This document shows, one piece after another, positions 1 to 9,629 of a stretch of 63,187 nt of DNA. The DNA is from Corallococcus exiguus (GTDB lineage Bacteria > Myxococcota > Myxococcia > Myxococcales > Myxococcaceae): assembly GCF_012985275.1 (NCBI RefSeq), contig NZ_JABEKY010000003.1; one strand, given 5' to 3'. Each line of letters opens with the position of its first letter. Within the stretch, counting starts at the first letter, position 1. The position numbers and the translations under genes are program-made. The notes below the pieces were generated by a model that had not been told where the DNA came from, did no database searches, and was given only the letters and a program-made list of their open reading frames with translations.

Positions 1-2265
1 AAGCCCACCATCGTCGTCAAGGCGGGCGCGGACCTGTCCGACCTGGGCGAGGAGGGCCTGCACCTGCTCCAGAGCCACGACAAGGCGACGCGAGACCTGA
101 TCAAGGCACTGGACGAAAGGGCGCTGCGGCACTGGGACAAGCTGCCCATCGAGAAGCAGTTCGAGCTCTACCGCAAGAAGCTGCTCCTGGAGATCGACGC
201 GCAGCAGTCGCTGATGGCGTCACTGGAGGGCAAACGCGGCGTGTCCATGGATCCGGCGGAGGCCACTCGCCGCATCCGGCAGAGCGAAGCGACGCTGGAG
301 AACCTGCGCCAGCGGATGAAGGAGGTGGACGCCTTCACGCCCCTGGACATGGCGGAGTTCGCCCAGGGCGTGCGCGCGAAGCCGCAGTACCTGAAGGAAC
401 CGCCGCGGCTGTTCACCAAGAAGCCTCCGGCGGCGAAGACGGCGGCGAAGACGAGAGGAGGCAAGAAGAAGGCCCTGGAGCTCACCGTGACGGACACGGA
501 GCCTGTCATCCGGCAGTCAGGCCGGCCCAACGACGTGTGGCCCAACACCGTGCTTCACGCCGACCACCCGGAGGTGGGTCCGTTCACGAAGGCCGGCCCT
601 GCGCCGGATGATCCGTTCATCCAGGGCGCCGAGCGACAGGTGTTCACCGAGGCGCAGCGCGCGCGCACCACGCTGGAGTTGGATCCGGCGGACACGGTGG
701 CTCAGATCGGCCCCGCGTGGCAGGAGGTCAAGTACCGCCCCAAGGAGCTCCGCTACTACAAGCTGGTGGAGGTGACGCGCGCCAGCGGTGAGAAGGAATA
801 CATCGAGCTCATCCTGTCCAAGCGCTCCGGCAACCGCTGGGAGCCGCGCGGCACGCTCACCACCAAGGCCGGCGAGGAGCTGGAGAAGAAGCAGTCCCGG
901 GCGTTCACGGAGGCGCTGCTCGGCGAACACCTGGGACCGACGGAGCGATTCCGGCGGCTGGACTTCAAGCCCAGGGGCGAGGAGCAAGGCAGCGGCATCG
1001 ATGAAATCATCGTCGAGTTCGACCACGCCGCGGATCCGACGAGCGCGAAGCTCCACCTCATCGAGGTTAAGGGCGGCAAGCACGCCCCCCGGCTCAAGGA
1101 CGTCACGGCGGTGGGAGAGAACCTCCGCAAGAACCTGGACGACCTGCAAGCGCAGCTGTCGGACCTGGCCTGGGCCCGGGCGAGAGGCCTGGGACCGGCG
1201 CACCTGGAGGCGCTGACCAAGGCCATCGACGAGTGGCGGATCTCCATCGAGCTGCGCGTGGGGCCCATCACCCCCATGCCTCCGCCGGGCTGGGAGCTCG
1301 TCGACCGCGTCGAACGCATCGCGGACGCGTGGCGCAAGATGTCCCTGGTCCGCGAGGTCATGCCCCACGGTTCGGCCCCTCGCGCGGAGATCGATGCCCT
1401 GATGGTTGTCTTCAGGGACGAGCTGAAGAAGGGCCGCGTCGGGTCCACGCTGAAAGCGCTGGACAAGGTGGAGAAGGCGCTCAAGGGCACGAAGCGCAAG
1501 CCAGGCCTGCTGGCCCAGTACAACATCGATCCAAGCGAGCTGAAGGGGCTCATCCACAGCCTGGATCCGAACGTGAAGCCGGGGGAGATCACCCGGATCA
1601 TCGAACCGTTCGAGACCGCGAAGCGCATTCGCACGATCGGTCCCACCGGCAACGTGCTGGGCTGGGGGGACTTCGACATCACCGTCTCGCGCAGTTGGAG
1701 CAGCCGCCGATTCAAGCGCTTCGAGCTGGCGCAGATGCGGGACCTGCAGGCGGGGCTGGAGGACATCCCGGAGCTGGACCCCTCGACGTTCAGCACGCTG
1801 TCGCTCCGGGACCGGCAGCAGGCCCTCAAGAAGTCGGTGGGCGCGGCCATGGACGCGATGGGCGTCCCCCGGTCGCGCCGTCCACAAGTCCAGTTCCAGA
1901 ACCTGCCGGCTGGGGACTACGGCTGGATGGAATGGGACTTCAACGTCACGCACCAGGGCCGGCTCGCGCCCGTGAGCCGGCGTGGCGTCATCGTCATCAA
2001 CGAGAACCTGGACGTGGGCGACGCGGTGGGCACCGCCGTCCACGAGTCGCGTCACTACTATCAGGCGTATCAGGCCTACCAGTATTCGATTGGCCGACAG
2101 TCGCATCCGTTCTCACGCCGGTGGTGGCGCAACCTGCCTGGCTCCGGCGGCCACTACTACGGGCCGGGGGACCCCCGGTACTTCCGGCAGCCCATTGAAA
2201 CGGACGCGGAGAGCTTCGGCCGCCGCGTCATCGATCTCTTGCCGCCTCGCTGGCCTCCTCCATGA
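1..2265 (+). CDS. 3' portion of a large multidomain toxin-like protein (polymorphic-toxin type) with PD-(D/E)xK-like segment and C-terminal HExxH metallopeptidase-like domain
   Basis: Frame 1 has no stop from nt 1 to the ORF at 214, so the gene is 5'-truncated by the window edge. The protein contains GIDEIIVEFD...HLIEVKGGK (D...E.K, as in restriction-endonuclease-fold nucleases). The C-terminus has TAVHESRHYYQAYQ, an HExxH zinc-peptidase signature. Lys/Arg-rich linkers separate the domains. Confidence 0.55.
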   Translation, partial: KPTIVVKAGADLSDLGEEGLHLLQSHDKATRDLIKALDERALRHWDKLPIEKQFELYRKKLLLEIDAQQSLMASLEGKRGVSMDPAEATRRIRQSEATLENLRQRMKEVDAFTPLDMAEFAQGVRAKPQYLKEPPRLFTKKPPAAKTAAKTRGGKKKALELTVTDTEPVIRQSGRPNDVWPNTVLHADHPEVGPFTKAGPAPDDPFIQGAERQVFTEAQRARTTLELDPADTVAQIGPAWQEVKYRPKELRYYKLVEVTRASGEKEYIELILSKRSGNRWEPRGTLTTKAGEELEKKQSRAFTEALLGEHLGPTERFRRLDFKPRGEEQGSGIDEIIVEFDHAADPTSAKLHLIEVKGGKHAPRLKDVTAVGENLRKNLDDLQAQLSDLAWARARGLGPAHLEALTKAIDEWRISIELRVGPITPMPPPGWELVDRVERIADAWRKMSLVREVMPHGSAPRAEIDALMVVFRDELKKGRVGSTLKALDKVEKALKGTKRKPGLLAQYNIDPSELKGLIHSLDPNVKPGEITRIIEPFETAKRIRTIGPTGNVLGWGDFDITVSRSWSSRRFKRFELAQMRDLQAGLEDIPELDPSTFSTLSLRDRQQALKKSVGAAMDAMGVPRSRRPQVQFQNLPAGDYGWMEWDFNVTHQGRLAPVSRRGVIVINENLDVGDAVGTAVHESRHYYQAYQAYQYSIGRQSHPFSRRWWRNLPGSGGHYYGPGDPRYFRQPIETDAESFGRRVIDLLPPRWPPP

Positions 2266-2277
2266 TGAGGTTCCGAC

Positions 2278-2802
2278 ATGCGCGTCGCTCCTTCCACCTC
2301 CGTCACCTGCTTCGTGTGCGGCTCCACGTTCACCGTCCACAACCGGGTGGACCTGGCCGGAGGCCGACGGACCGTCCTCCAGGAACCGTCGGCCTGTCCC
2401 TTCTGTGATGCGCCCCTGCGGAGCATCCCCAAGCTGGACGTGGGCGTGGCCAAGAGCCTCTTGCTCACCGAGGCCGGCGCGCCGGAGGAGAAGAAGACAT
2501 ACGGAACGGTAGAGCGGTTCCTGGAGCGCTTCACCCGCACGGAGGCGGAGGTGGACACGCTGCTGACGTTGGCGCGCGAACTGGACCTGGAGTCCTGGGA
2601 GTCGGGCAACCTGGCGCGGCTCCAGCGGAGCAAGGATGCGGGGCTGAAGACGGAGACGAAGTTCGTCTCGAAGCTTCGCAAGGAGGCGGAGGACGGTGGC
2701 CTCTTCGAGCGATTGCAGCGCGCCGCGACGACCGTCAAAGATGCGCACCGCGCCCTGTGGAAGCACCACATGGCCCTCTTCCAGCAACGGCAGCAGCCGT
2801 GA
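2278..2802 (+). CDS. zinc-ribbon protein (CxxC...CxxC), candidate immunity/partner protein of the upstream toxin
   Basis: The ORF starts 13 nt after the toxin stop. Its N-terminus is CFVCGSTF...CPFCDAPL, two CxxC pairs. The rest is a charged helical C-terminus. Confidence 0.5.
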   Translation: MRVAPSTSVTCFVCGSTFTVHNRVDLAGGRRTVLQEPSACPFCDAPLRSIPKLDVGVAKSLLLTEAGAPEEKKTYGTVERFLERFTRTEAEVDTLLTLARELDLESWESGNLARLQRSKDAGLKTETKFVSKLRKEAEDGGLFERLQRAATTVKDAHRALWKHHMALFQQRQQP

Positions 2803-2817
2803 ACGAGGCGGAGTGAC

Positions 2818-3588
2818 ATGGCTGGAATCCCCGTGAACGTTCCAGGCACCTGGGCCGGGCTCTTCTCCGCCGAGTGGGGAGAGGACACCCACGCGCGCGA
2901 GCTCATGAAGCGCTTCTCGCCCATCGCGCTGACGAAGGCGAACACGCCCGTTCAATACCTGCGGACGCTGGCGGATGTGCTCGCGTCGCTCATCGTGTTG
3001 ACGGGAGCCGAGGAGGCCCGCGCGGCGGCCACGCCCCTGGTGCCACTGTGTGCGGCTGGAATCGAGCAGGCCGGGGGGCTCTTCGATTCAGTGGATCCGC
3101 CGCGAGTCGCCCTCCAGGTGCTGTCCTTCGTGAACGCGGCGGAGGCGTGCGGGGCCGCGCAGGGGCTGGTGCAGGCGTCGCCCGCGAAGGCGTGGCTGGA
3201 GGCACTGGCGAAGAAGGTGAAGAAGCTGGATGACGTGTTGCTCTATCGCTGCGGGCTGGTGGCGCTCTGTCTGGGGGAGCCGGACCTGGCGGCGAAGCTG
3301 GTGGGAGGTGGGAAGCTTCCGGAGACGCTCACGCCCGGGGAGCGGTTCGGCTTCAACGTCCAGGGCTTCGTGCGCTACCTGGCGACGGCGATGAAGGTCG
3401 GGGCACCGTCTGAAGCGGTGCGGCCCGCGTGGGAGTCCTTCGTGGAGGGCTTTCCGAAAAAGAAGGCCGCGGATCAGGTCTCGTGGAGTGACCTGCTTTG
3501 GGCGGCTCGCGCGTACTTCGTGGGCGTGGAGGGGCGGCCGGTGGCGCGGGTGGGTGAGTCGCTGCATGCGCTCGTGAAACCGGACTGA
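2818..3588 (+). CDS. hypothetical protein (256 aa)
   Basis: Clean ORF with GC3-rich codons and an ATGA overlap with the next gene at 3588. No recognisable motif. Confidence 0.5.
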   Translation: MAGIPVNVPGTWAGLFSAEWGEDTHARELMKRFSPIALTKANTPVQYLRTLADVLASLIVLTGAEEARAAATPLVPLCAAGIEQAGGLFDSVDPPRVALQVLSFVNAAEACGAAQGLVQASPAKAWLEALAKKVKKLDDVLLYRCGLVALCLGEPDLAAKLVGGGKLPETLTPGERFGFNVQGFVRYLATAMKVGAPSEAVRPAWESFVEGFPKKKAADQVSWSDLLWAARAYFVGVEGRPVARVGESLHALVKPD

Positions 3589-5102
3589 TGCGCTCCCCTG
3601 CCCTCGTTGCTCGGCCTGAGGTTTCGTTCGAGGTGATGGACCGGGTGCTGTCCGCGCTGGGCTGGTTCCTCCAGTCCGAAAGCCAGACGCCTCCGCTCAT
3701 CCCAGGGGAGCCGGAGTTCGCGGTGTACGTGAAGCGCGGGACGGACACGACGCTCCATTGCACGTTCAACCCGGTGCTCCGGTTGCGGGTGCTCGAGTTC
3801 TCCGGAGGCAACGCCGTGGGGGAATGGGTGGCCGTGCGCAAGGCGGTGCCGGTGATGGAGGCCCCGGCGCTCGCGGCGCTGCTGGCGTCGTCGGAGACAC
3901 GGGAGGTGCTGCTGGGGTTGATGGCCACGGAGACGCTGCGGGAGCGCTCGTCGATGGAGCGCGTGGCGGCGCTTCGCTTCCATCCGGAGTTCAGCGTGTC
4001 TCGGACAGCGGAGCGCGTGCTGGCGTCGCTGGTGCCGGACGGGACGGAAGAGGCGTTCGCGCGGTTGAAGGCGGAGAAGGAGGCGCATCCGGATCGCTCC
4101 GTGCTGTTCGCGCACCTGCCGGGGGAGGAGCAGCGGCGGCAGGTGTTGCGCTGGCTCATCCATGATCAGGCGGCGTCGAATCCGGACGTCGACGCGGTGC
4201 TGCGCTCCGCACTGGTGGACGCGGACGCGGAGGTGCGGGTGACGGCGGTGATGGCGGCGGCCCGGCTCCAGGCGAGGGAGGTGCTGCCGGCGCTGCGCGA
4301 GGCTCGGATGCCTACGTCGACGCGGGAGGGCGCGGACCCGAGGGACCGGCAGTTCTATTCAAACCTGCGGGACCTGGTGGCCCATGTACTCGCGGGCCGG
4401 CCGCTGCCTCCGGAGGGTTCGCCGAAGCGTGAGCGGATGGCGCCGCTGCTGCGCGCGCTGTCGGGTCCCGCGGAAGTTCGGGACGACCCCACGCTGCTGT
4501 TGCATGCGCTCACGACACCGGTGGATCCGGGGCCGCGTCCGGTGGGACTGCCCGAAGCGGTGGTGGAACGGGAAGGCACGTACCGGCTGCGCCGCTCTGG
4601 GTTGGAGGCGCGCTGGGTGCCTCCGGTGGAGCATTGGCTGGGGACAGGGCCGACGCTGCGGCGGGTGACGTCACCGGGGTTCTTCGTCGCTCGGGTGCCC
4701 GTGAGCCGGGCCGCGGCGGCCTGGGCGATGGCGGCTTCACAGGGGCCGGTGGGGACTGCGGGGCCGGACGCGGAGGAACCGCTGCCGTGCACTCTCGTGG
4801 AGGCAGAGAAGCTGTACTCGGCGCTGTCACGCATTGAAGGCGTGGAGCTGCGGCTGCCTTCCGGTGAGGAATGGGAGATGGCGGCCCGTGGGCCTGATGG
4901 ACGGCTGTTCCCGTGGGGCAATTCGATGCGGGACGACGGGGCTGCTCGGGCTTCGCCCTGGGGCGTGGAGAAGCTCGTGGCTTCGCTTCCGCAGTGGGCG
5001 CGGGCGGGACTGCTGTGCGGGGGACGGGAACAGCCGCTGTGCGCTTCGCGCCGCGAGGTGTTGGCAGGGGTGGGCGCCGTGCGGTGGGTGCTGGCCCCCT
5101 GA
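3588..5102 (+). CDS. HEAT-like repeat / formylglycine-generating-enzyme (FGE-sulfatase, DUF323) domain protein
   Basis: The C-terminus LPSGEEWEMAARGPDGRLFPWGNSMRDDG matches the FGE-sulfatase core (LPTEAEWEYAARG...PWGN). The N-terminus has PBS-lyase/HEAT-like repeats (AEVRVTAVMAAARLQAREVLPALREA). Confidence 0.7.
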   Translation: MRSPALVARPEVSFEVMDRVLSALGWFLQSESQTPPLIPGEPEFAVYVKRGTDTTLHCTFNPVLRLRVLEFSGGNAVGEWVAVRKAVPVMEAPALAALLASSETREVLLGLMATETLRERSSMERVAALRFHPEFSVSRTAERVLASLVPDGTEEAFARLKAEKEAHPDRSVLFAHLPGEEQRRQVLRWLIHDQAASNPDVDAVLRSALVDADAEVRVTAVMAAARLQAREVLPALREARMPTSTREGADPRDRQFYSNLRDLVAHVLAGRPLPPEGSPKRERMAPLLRALSGPAEVRDDPTLLLHALTTPVDPGPRPVGLPEAVVEREGTYRLRRSGLEARWVPPVEHWLGTGPTLRRVTSPGFFVARVPVSRAAAAWAMAASQGPVGTAGPDAEEPLPCTLVEAEKLYSALSRIEGVELRLPSGEEWEMAARGPDGRLFPWGNSMRDDGAARASPWGVEKLVASLPQWARAGLLCGGREQPLCASRREVLAGVGAVRWVLAP

Positions 5103-5213
5103 GGCTGACTGGCAGTTCGAGGACGCAGGGGCTGCCGCTCACGAATCTGGGGCCCCTGGGATGTCGGGGGAGTTTCAGGCTGGCGGCCACCTCCGGGGGC
5201 GAAGCGCCTCGAA

Positions 5214-5234
5214 CCTGTCCGATTGTCGGACAAG
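5214..5234. repeat. degenerate copy of the 21-bp palindromic repeat family (CCTGTCCGAtTGTCGGACAaG), REP-like, between convergent gene ends
   Basis: TGTCCGA-TTG-TCGGACA inverted repeat. The flanking sequence (gctggcggccacctccggg...) resembles the flanks of the three copies at 24650-24856. Confidence 0.5.
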
Positions 5235-5312
5235 TTTCCCGAGGCCGCAGCCCCAAGGCCCTCTCCCCTCGGAACCACCAGCCAGTGTCCTCGTCCGCCG
5301 AGTCGGGGCGGG

Positions 5313-5534
5313 CTACTTCTTCGGCATCCGGATATTGGGGTTCGCCGTGACTCGGGGGGTGCTCTTCGCCTTGAAGCTGCCACCGGCCGCGGCCTTCATC
5401 GTGGGCCCCTTGGCCGCGGTTCCCAGTTGGGCCCTGGCTGTGTCCGTCTTGGGCTGCTGCGATGGCGCGATGGCCTTGTTCATGGCGGGCTTGCGGTCGG
5501 GTGTCTTCCGCGTCTGGGACGTCATTGTCTTCAT
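5313..5534 (-). CDS. small basic Lys/Ala/Pro-rich protein (73 aa), last gene of the contractile-tail operon
   Basis: GGAGG sits 6 nt upstream of the ATG, and the ATG overlaps the stop of the preceding gene as ATGA. Codons are GC3-rich. Sequence MKTMTSQTRKTPDRKPAMNKAIA...AKSTPRVTANPNIRMPKK. Confidence 0.45.
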   Translation of the reverse strand: MKTMTSQTRKTPDRKPAMNKAIAPSQQPKTDTARAQLGTAAKGPTMKAAAGGSFKAKSTPRVTANPNIRMPKK

Positions 5535-6262
5535 GGGTTGCCTCCGGGAATGCGTCCGGCGGGGATGCCTTCCAGCTTGAGCGACACACCGGGCTGCGCT
5601 GGGACTTCCAGATTCACCAGGCCCCCCGCGCCGGTGAGGTGCACGTCCGGGCCAATCTCCAGACGACAGCCCACGGCCGGGCGTCCCGCGTGGTCCTGGA
5701 CCAGCAGCCTGCGCCGGTCGTCGCTCACCACCACCGACGGGCGCCTCAATGCGACCTGCGCCTGCGCGATGAGCACGCAGCGCCGACCCTTCACGCTCGC
5801 TCGGACCTGGGCCCGAATCCGGGCGACTCCGGGTGTCTTGTCTTCGGGAGGTCTCGCGAGGAGCGTGGCACTGTCCGAGGGTGGACCTGGGAGGACCGCG
5901 CCTTCCCAGACCGCTTCGAACCCTTCGTCCAGTCCCACCGCCGCGAGCGACAACGGCACGCGGATGGGCTCCGCGCCCAGCCAGAGTTCGTCCGGCGCGA
6001 CGATGGCCACTTCGGGATCCAGTTGGATGTCCGCGAGCCAGGACCAGCGCTCGGTGAGCAGGTCCGCGAGCCAGCCGGCTTCTTCTGGCGACATGCGTGT
6101 CAGAGCCTGATCCACGTGCGCAGGGTCCGCCAGTCGTTGGAGCGCCGCTGCGCCGTCCTTGAACCGGGCGTTCTCCAACAGGCCGTCGAGCTGGCCCGGA
6201 AGCTGTTTCGCGAGGGAGCGCAGCAGATGGCCCAATCGCTGTCTTGGAGGAAATGCGTTCAT
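5531..6262 (-). CDS. hypothetical protein (243 aa; MNAFPPRQRLGHLL...)
   Basis: Internal ATG of ORF 5531..6418, in an ATGA overlap with the stop of the upstream 403-aa gene. Protein-like composition after the start; the upstream extension is Gly/Arg-rich and is likely not translated. Confidence 0.6.
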   Translation of the reverse strand: MNAFPPRQRLGHLLRSLAKQLPGQLDGLLENARFKDGAAALQRLADPAHVDQALTRMSPEEAGWLADLLTERWSWLADIQLDPEVAIVAPDELWLGAEPIRVPLSLAAVGLDEGFEAVWEGAVLPGPPSDSATLLARPPEDKTPGVARIRAQVRASVKGRRCVLIAQAQVALRRPSVVVSDDRRRLLVQDHAGRPAVGCRLEIGPDVHLTGAGGLVNLEVPAQPGVSLKLEGIPAGRIPGGNP

Positions 6263-7470
6263 CCTCGCCTCCTCCACAGCGAGCGGCCGGTCATCCGGCG
6301 CCGCAGTCGCTGTTCTGCTTGCTGGAGCACTTCGGCGTCCCTCGCCGTGAGGCGGCGGCCGTTCACGAAGAAGGCCCGTGCGTTGGTTTCTGGTTCGTAT
6401 TCCGGTGCTTCTTCCCACACGGGTTCTTCATCCGGTGCTTCGGGGCGTGGCGGTGCTGAGACTCGCGGCGGAGGCAGCAACGTCTTCACTTCGATGTGCA
6501 CCGGGCCTGGTGCTGTGTGCCTCGTGGCCCGTGATGGGGGGAGGATGGATTCGCCCTGCTCCTCCGATTGGGAAGGTCGCGGAGTCCGTGATTCAGGTCG
6601 GTCGTGACGACGTGGCCCGAGTTCCTCCTGGAACGGTGGGGCCTTCCGTGTGTCCGGTGCCGGCGGTCGGTCCAGGGCTCGTGGTATCCGTCTCCTCCGT
6701 GGAGGTGCCCGTGCGGACGTCTCCCCTTGCTCCACTGGGGGAGCGGGTGGTGACGCTTGTGTGGTGGCGCGCGCGACGCGATGGCGGCGTGTTGAGGACT
6801 CCGGGACCCGTGCGCTGATCCGTGGGCGTTCGGCGTTCTTCTCCATGCCGGGTCTCGGCACCCGGCTCCTTCGCGGACTTGGAGCCTTCACGCGTGTTTC
6901 GACGGCGAGAGGGACCTCTGAGGCCGTCTGGCTTTCAGGTTTGGGCCGGTCGCCTCGTTGTGAAGGGACATCCGTGCCCTCGGTGCGAGGACGAAGTGGT
7001 CGTGGCTCCGCGACCTCCGTCTGGAGTTCTGGGGCGTTGGGGACAACGGGGAGCGCGAGCGTCGGAGGCAGTTTCCCGTCTGGACTCCGGGTCACGGGTT
7101 CGACCGGTGGCCGTGGTTCCTGGAGCTGCGCCGACGTGCCGCCAGGTCGGGGAACGCGACGGCGGATGGGTGGGATGGGTTCCGTTGCGGCTGGGACTTC
7201 GACCCGCTCAGGACTCTTGAACACGGGTGGCATCACGTTGTCAGGCTCCGTGAATCCCATGGACCTGGGGCCTGTCGAGGGCGCGGCGGTCTTCACCGCG
7301 CGGCCTGGCTCCCCTTCCCGCCTCCGCGCACCCGGCGTTGGCAGGGACGGTGGCAGCGGCGGATCCACCTTGAAGTCTCCGCGCTCTCCTCGCTCCAGGG
7401 GATGGAGCACCCGGTCCAGTTCCGTCAGCAGCGCGGCCACCACGAAGAGGTCGTCTCTGGCTTCGCTCAT
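6259..7470 (-). CDS. proline-rich, largely disordered protein (403 aa) with short structured N- and C-termini
   Basis: ATG MSEARDDLFVVAALLTELDRVLHP overlaps the stop of the 720-aa gene as ATGA. About 300 aa of P/R/E/S/T-rich low complexity follow. The C-terminus is ARAFFVNGRRLTARDAEVLQQAEQRLRRR. Confidence 0.6.
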   Translation of the reverse strand: MSEARDDLFVVAALLTELDRVLHPLERGERGDFKVDPPLPPSLPTPGARRREGEPGRAVKTAAPSTGPRSMGFTEPDNVMPPVFKSPERVEVPAATEPIPPIRRRVPRPGGTSAQLQEPRPPVEPVTRSPDGKLPPTLALPVVPNAPELQTEVAEPRPLRPRTEGTDVPSQRGDRPKPESQTASEVPLAVETRVKAPSPRRSRVPRPGMEKNAERPRISARVPESSTRRHRVARATTQASPPAPPVEQGETSARAPPRRRRIPRALDRPPAPDTRKAPPFQEELGPRRHDRPESRTPRPSQSEEQGESILPPSRATRHTAPGPVHIEVKTLLPPPRVSAPPRPEAPDEEPVWEEAPEYEPETNARAFFVNGRRLTARDAEVLQQAEQRLRRRMTGRSLWRRRG

Positions 7471-9629
7471 GTCGGAACTCCCAGCCAGGACTTGAGGACC
7501 GTGGTCGCGGCCCTCAGCTCCGGATCCCGCAACACCGTCTTCGTCACACCGCCATCCTGCACCGTGATGTTCGCCGTGCCTGAATCCAGCTCGATGGGGA
7601 GCATGACTCCCGTGGCGAGGCTCGGGCCTCCGAAGCCCTTGAAGTCGCGTCGTAGCGTCACGTCGCGGACCAGCGCCTTGGGCATCTGCAAATCGCGCAG
7701 CGTGATGACCACGACCTCTTCGTCGTCCTCGCAGCACAGCGGCGTGGGCGTCGTTGCCACCTCGTCGTCCGCTCGGGCCGCCGCGCCTGTGCGCACGTCC
7801 ACCGTGTCCACGGTGGCTACGCCCTGCCACCACGTTTCTTCGTCGTCCGCTCCGCGCACGAGCAACAGCTCCCCCGGCCTTGCGACCTGCACCGGTTTGC
7901 TCGAGCCAGATGTGCTCGTCAGCGGGATGCCATCCAGGAACAGCCGCGTCGCTCCGACCTCCACCGGCGGCAGCAACTTGAACGTCTGGCCTGGATACGG
8001 CGCGGCCACCGATGACGGCACCAGACCCAGCGCGCCACCGCCCTGCCCCAGGATCAGGTTCAGCTTCGCGCCCAGTGCGATGATCTCCTGCACCACCCCG
8101 TCCACCTGCGGTCCCGCCGCCGCGTGCCCATCCAGCAACTCCTGCGTGGAGATGGACACCGCGCTTCCACCCACGGGCGACCCGATCCTCACCATTCCGG
8201 CGACTCCAGGCAGCTTCGCATCCGTCGCGATGGACACATTCAGCGGCGCGATGAGCAGCCGCTTCTCGGCCCCTTTCACCTCCCAGCCCAGCACCAGCGC
8301 CAGCGTGGGCCGGTCCCCTCCCACGTTCGCCACGTGCCCCGCCTGCACCTGCCCCAGGTCCACCGTGGGCGTCACAGACAACGCCGTCGCCTGCGTGAGC
8401 GTGTCCTTCACCAGGGCCACCGGTCCCACCAGCGGGATTCCCGTGGACTGTCCCGCGAGCACCCGCGTCAGGCTGTCGCAGAATGGCTTCAGCACGAGCT
8501 TCAGCAGCGGTGCAAGCGCGGCCCGGTTGCGCACGTCGAACCATCGCTGACGGAACACCCAGTGGAAGCGCAGCGACCATTCCAACGTCCGGAGCATCCG
8601 CAGCGACCCGTCCGGATACGCCAGCCGCGACGCCACCGCTTCGTCCATTCCCTTCCCCGCCTCGATGTCCAACGTCATCAGCTCGTTGGACAGCTGTCCG
8701 GGGATGCCGGGTGAATCCGCCCTCCGCAGCGTGGTCTTCAACGACGCCAGCCCCGACACGGACGCAATCACGGTGCGTGGCGGCTGGAGCGCCGTGGCCA
8801 CCGCGCCGTAGTCCGTCGCCGACGCCTGAAGTGAATCCGCCGCGCGTTGGAGCGCATCCGTCAACTCCAGGGCCGCGCCCTGATTCTCCAGCGTGGCCTT
8901 CGCCTGGAGCAGCACGTTCCGGTCCGCCAGGCACTCGCTCTGGCGCGTCGCGGCGCCTGACGCCACGGGGTCGAACGCGCTGGACGCGGACGAGACGGAC
9001 AGCCCATTCAGCACGCTGCTCAGGGACACCGTCTCCGATGTCGTCTTCAACTCCGCCCGCCTCGTGGTGCGCAGGCCCGTCCAGGTCCCCAGCTCCGCGA
9101 CGCCGCTCTCCGCCGCATCCTTCCGCTGGTCCGTGGTGAAGAGCCCCGCGTCGATGGCGTCGTCCACGGTGCCGCTCACCGACAGGGGCCCGAAGTCATA
9201 CGTGGGCACTCGCACCGCCACCTCGCCGCCGTGCTTCTCGTCGCGGAACGCGAACAGCGTCACCGTGCCCGCGAGCAACGCCGCACCCGTGAGCTTCCCG
9301 TCTCCATCCGCTCCGATGGTGCCCACCGCGAACTCCAGCTCCTCCACGCCCGGCAGCCGGCTCTCACTCCCCACGAGCGAACCGACGGACACATTCGGCA
9401 GCCCTTCGCCCCGGGGCGCGGAGGCCAGCGCTGGCGCGAGCGCGATGCCCACCGCGCGACGACGGGCCCGCTCGATGACGTTGAACACGGGCAGGAGCGC
9501 GCACACCGTCTGGACGTGCGGCGCGTCCTGATCCGCCACGCCGTCCATGCGGTCCAGGAACGCCTCCAGCTGCTTCCAGGCCGCCTGCCAGCCATCCAGC
9601 TCCGCGCTCAGGCGTGTCACCGCGCTCAC
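7467..9629 (-). CDS. hypothetical protein (720 aa), candidate payload/accessory of the contractile particle
   Basis: Long ORF with balanced protein-like composition and no recognisable motif. ATGA overlaps at both ends. Confidence 0.7.
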   Translation of the reverse strand: MSAVTRLSAELDGWQAAWKQLEAFLDRMDGVADQDAPHVQTVCALLPVFNVIERARRRAVGIALAPALASAPRGEGLPNVSVGSLVGSESRLPGVEELEFAVGTIGADGDGKLTGAALLAGTVTLFAFRDEKHGGEVAVRVPTYDFGPLSVSGTVDDAIDAGLFTTDQRKDAAESGVAELGTWTGLRTTRRAELKTTSETVSLSSVLNGLSVSSASSAFDPVASGAATRQSECLADRNVLLQAKATLENQGAALELTDALQRAADSLQASATDYGAVATALQPPRTVIASVSGLASLKTTLRRADSPGIPGQLSNELMTLDIEAGKGMDEAVASRLAYPDGSLRMLRTLEWSLRFHWVFRQRWFDVRNRAALAPLLKLVLKPFCDSLTRVLAGQSTGIPLVGPVALVKDTLTQATALSVTPTVDLGQVQAGHVANVGGDRPTLALVLGWEVKGAEKRLLIAPLNVSIATDAKLPGVAGMVRIGSPVGGSAVSISTQELLDGHAAAGPQVDGVVQEIIALGAKLNLILGQGGGALGLVPSSVAAPYPGQTFKLLPPVEVGATRLFLDGIPLTSTSGSSKPVQVARPGELLLVRGADDEETWWQGVATVDTVDVRTGAAARADDEVATTPTPLCCEDDEEVVVITLRDLQMPKALVRDVTLRRDFKGFGGPSLATGVMLPIELDSGTANITVQDGGVTKTVLRDPELRAATTVLKSWLGVPT

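Noticed and set aside
5103-5312. Minus ORFs 4355..5383 and 4510..5589 and plus ORFs in the convergent intergenic region
   Set aside because: Pro/Arg/Ala-rich low-complexity products overlapping the FGE gene and the repeat element, with no RBS.
7471-8934. Upstream part of the 891-aa minus ORF (6259..8934)
   Set aside because: It overlaps the 720-aa gene in another frame and is Gly/Arg/His-rich. The real gene most likely starts at the ATGA-coupled ATG at 7470.
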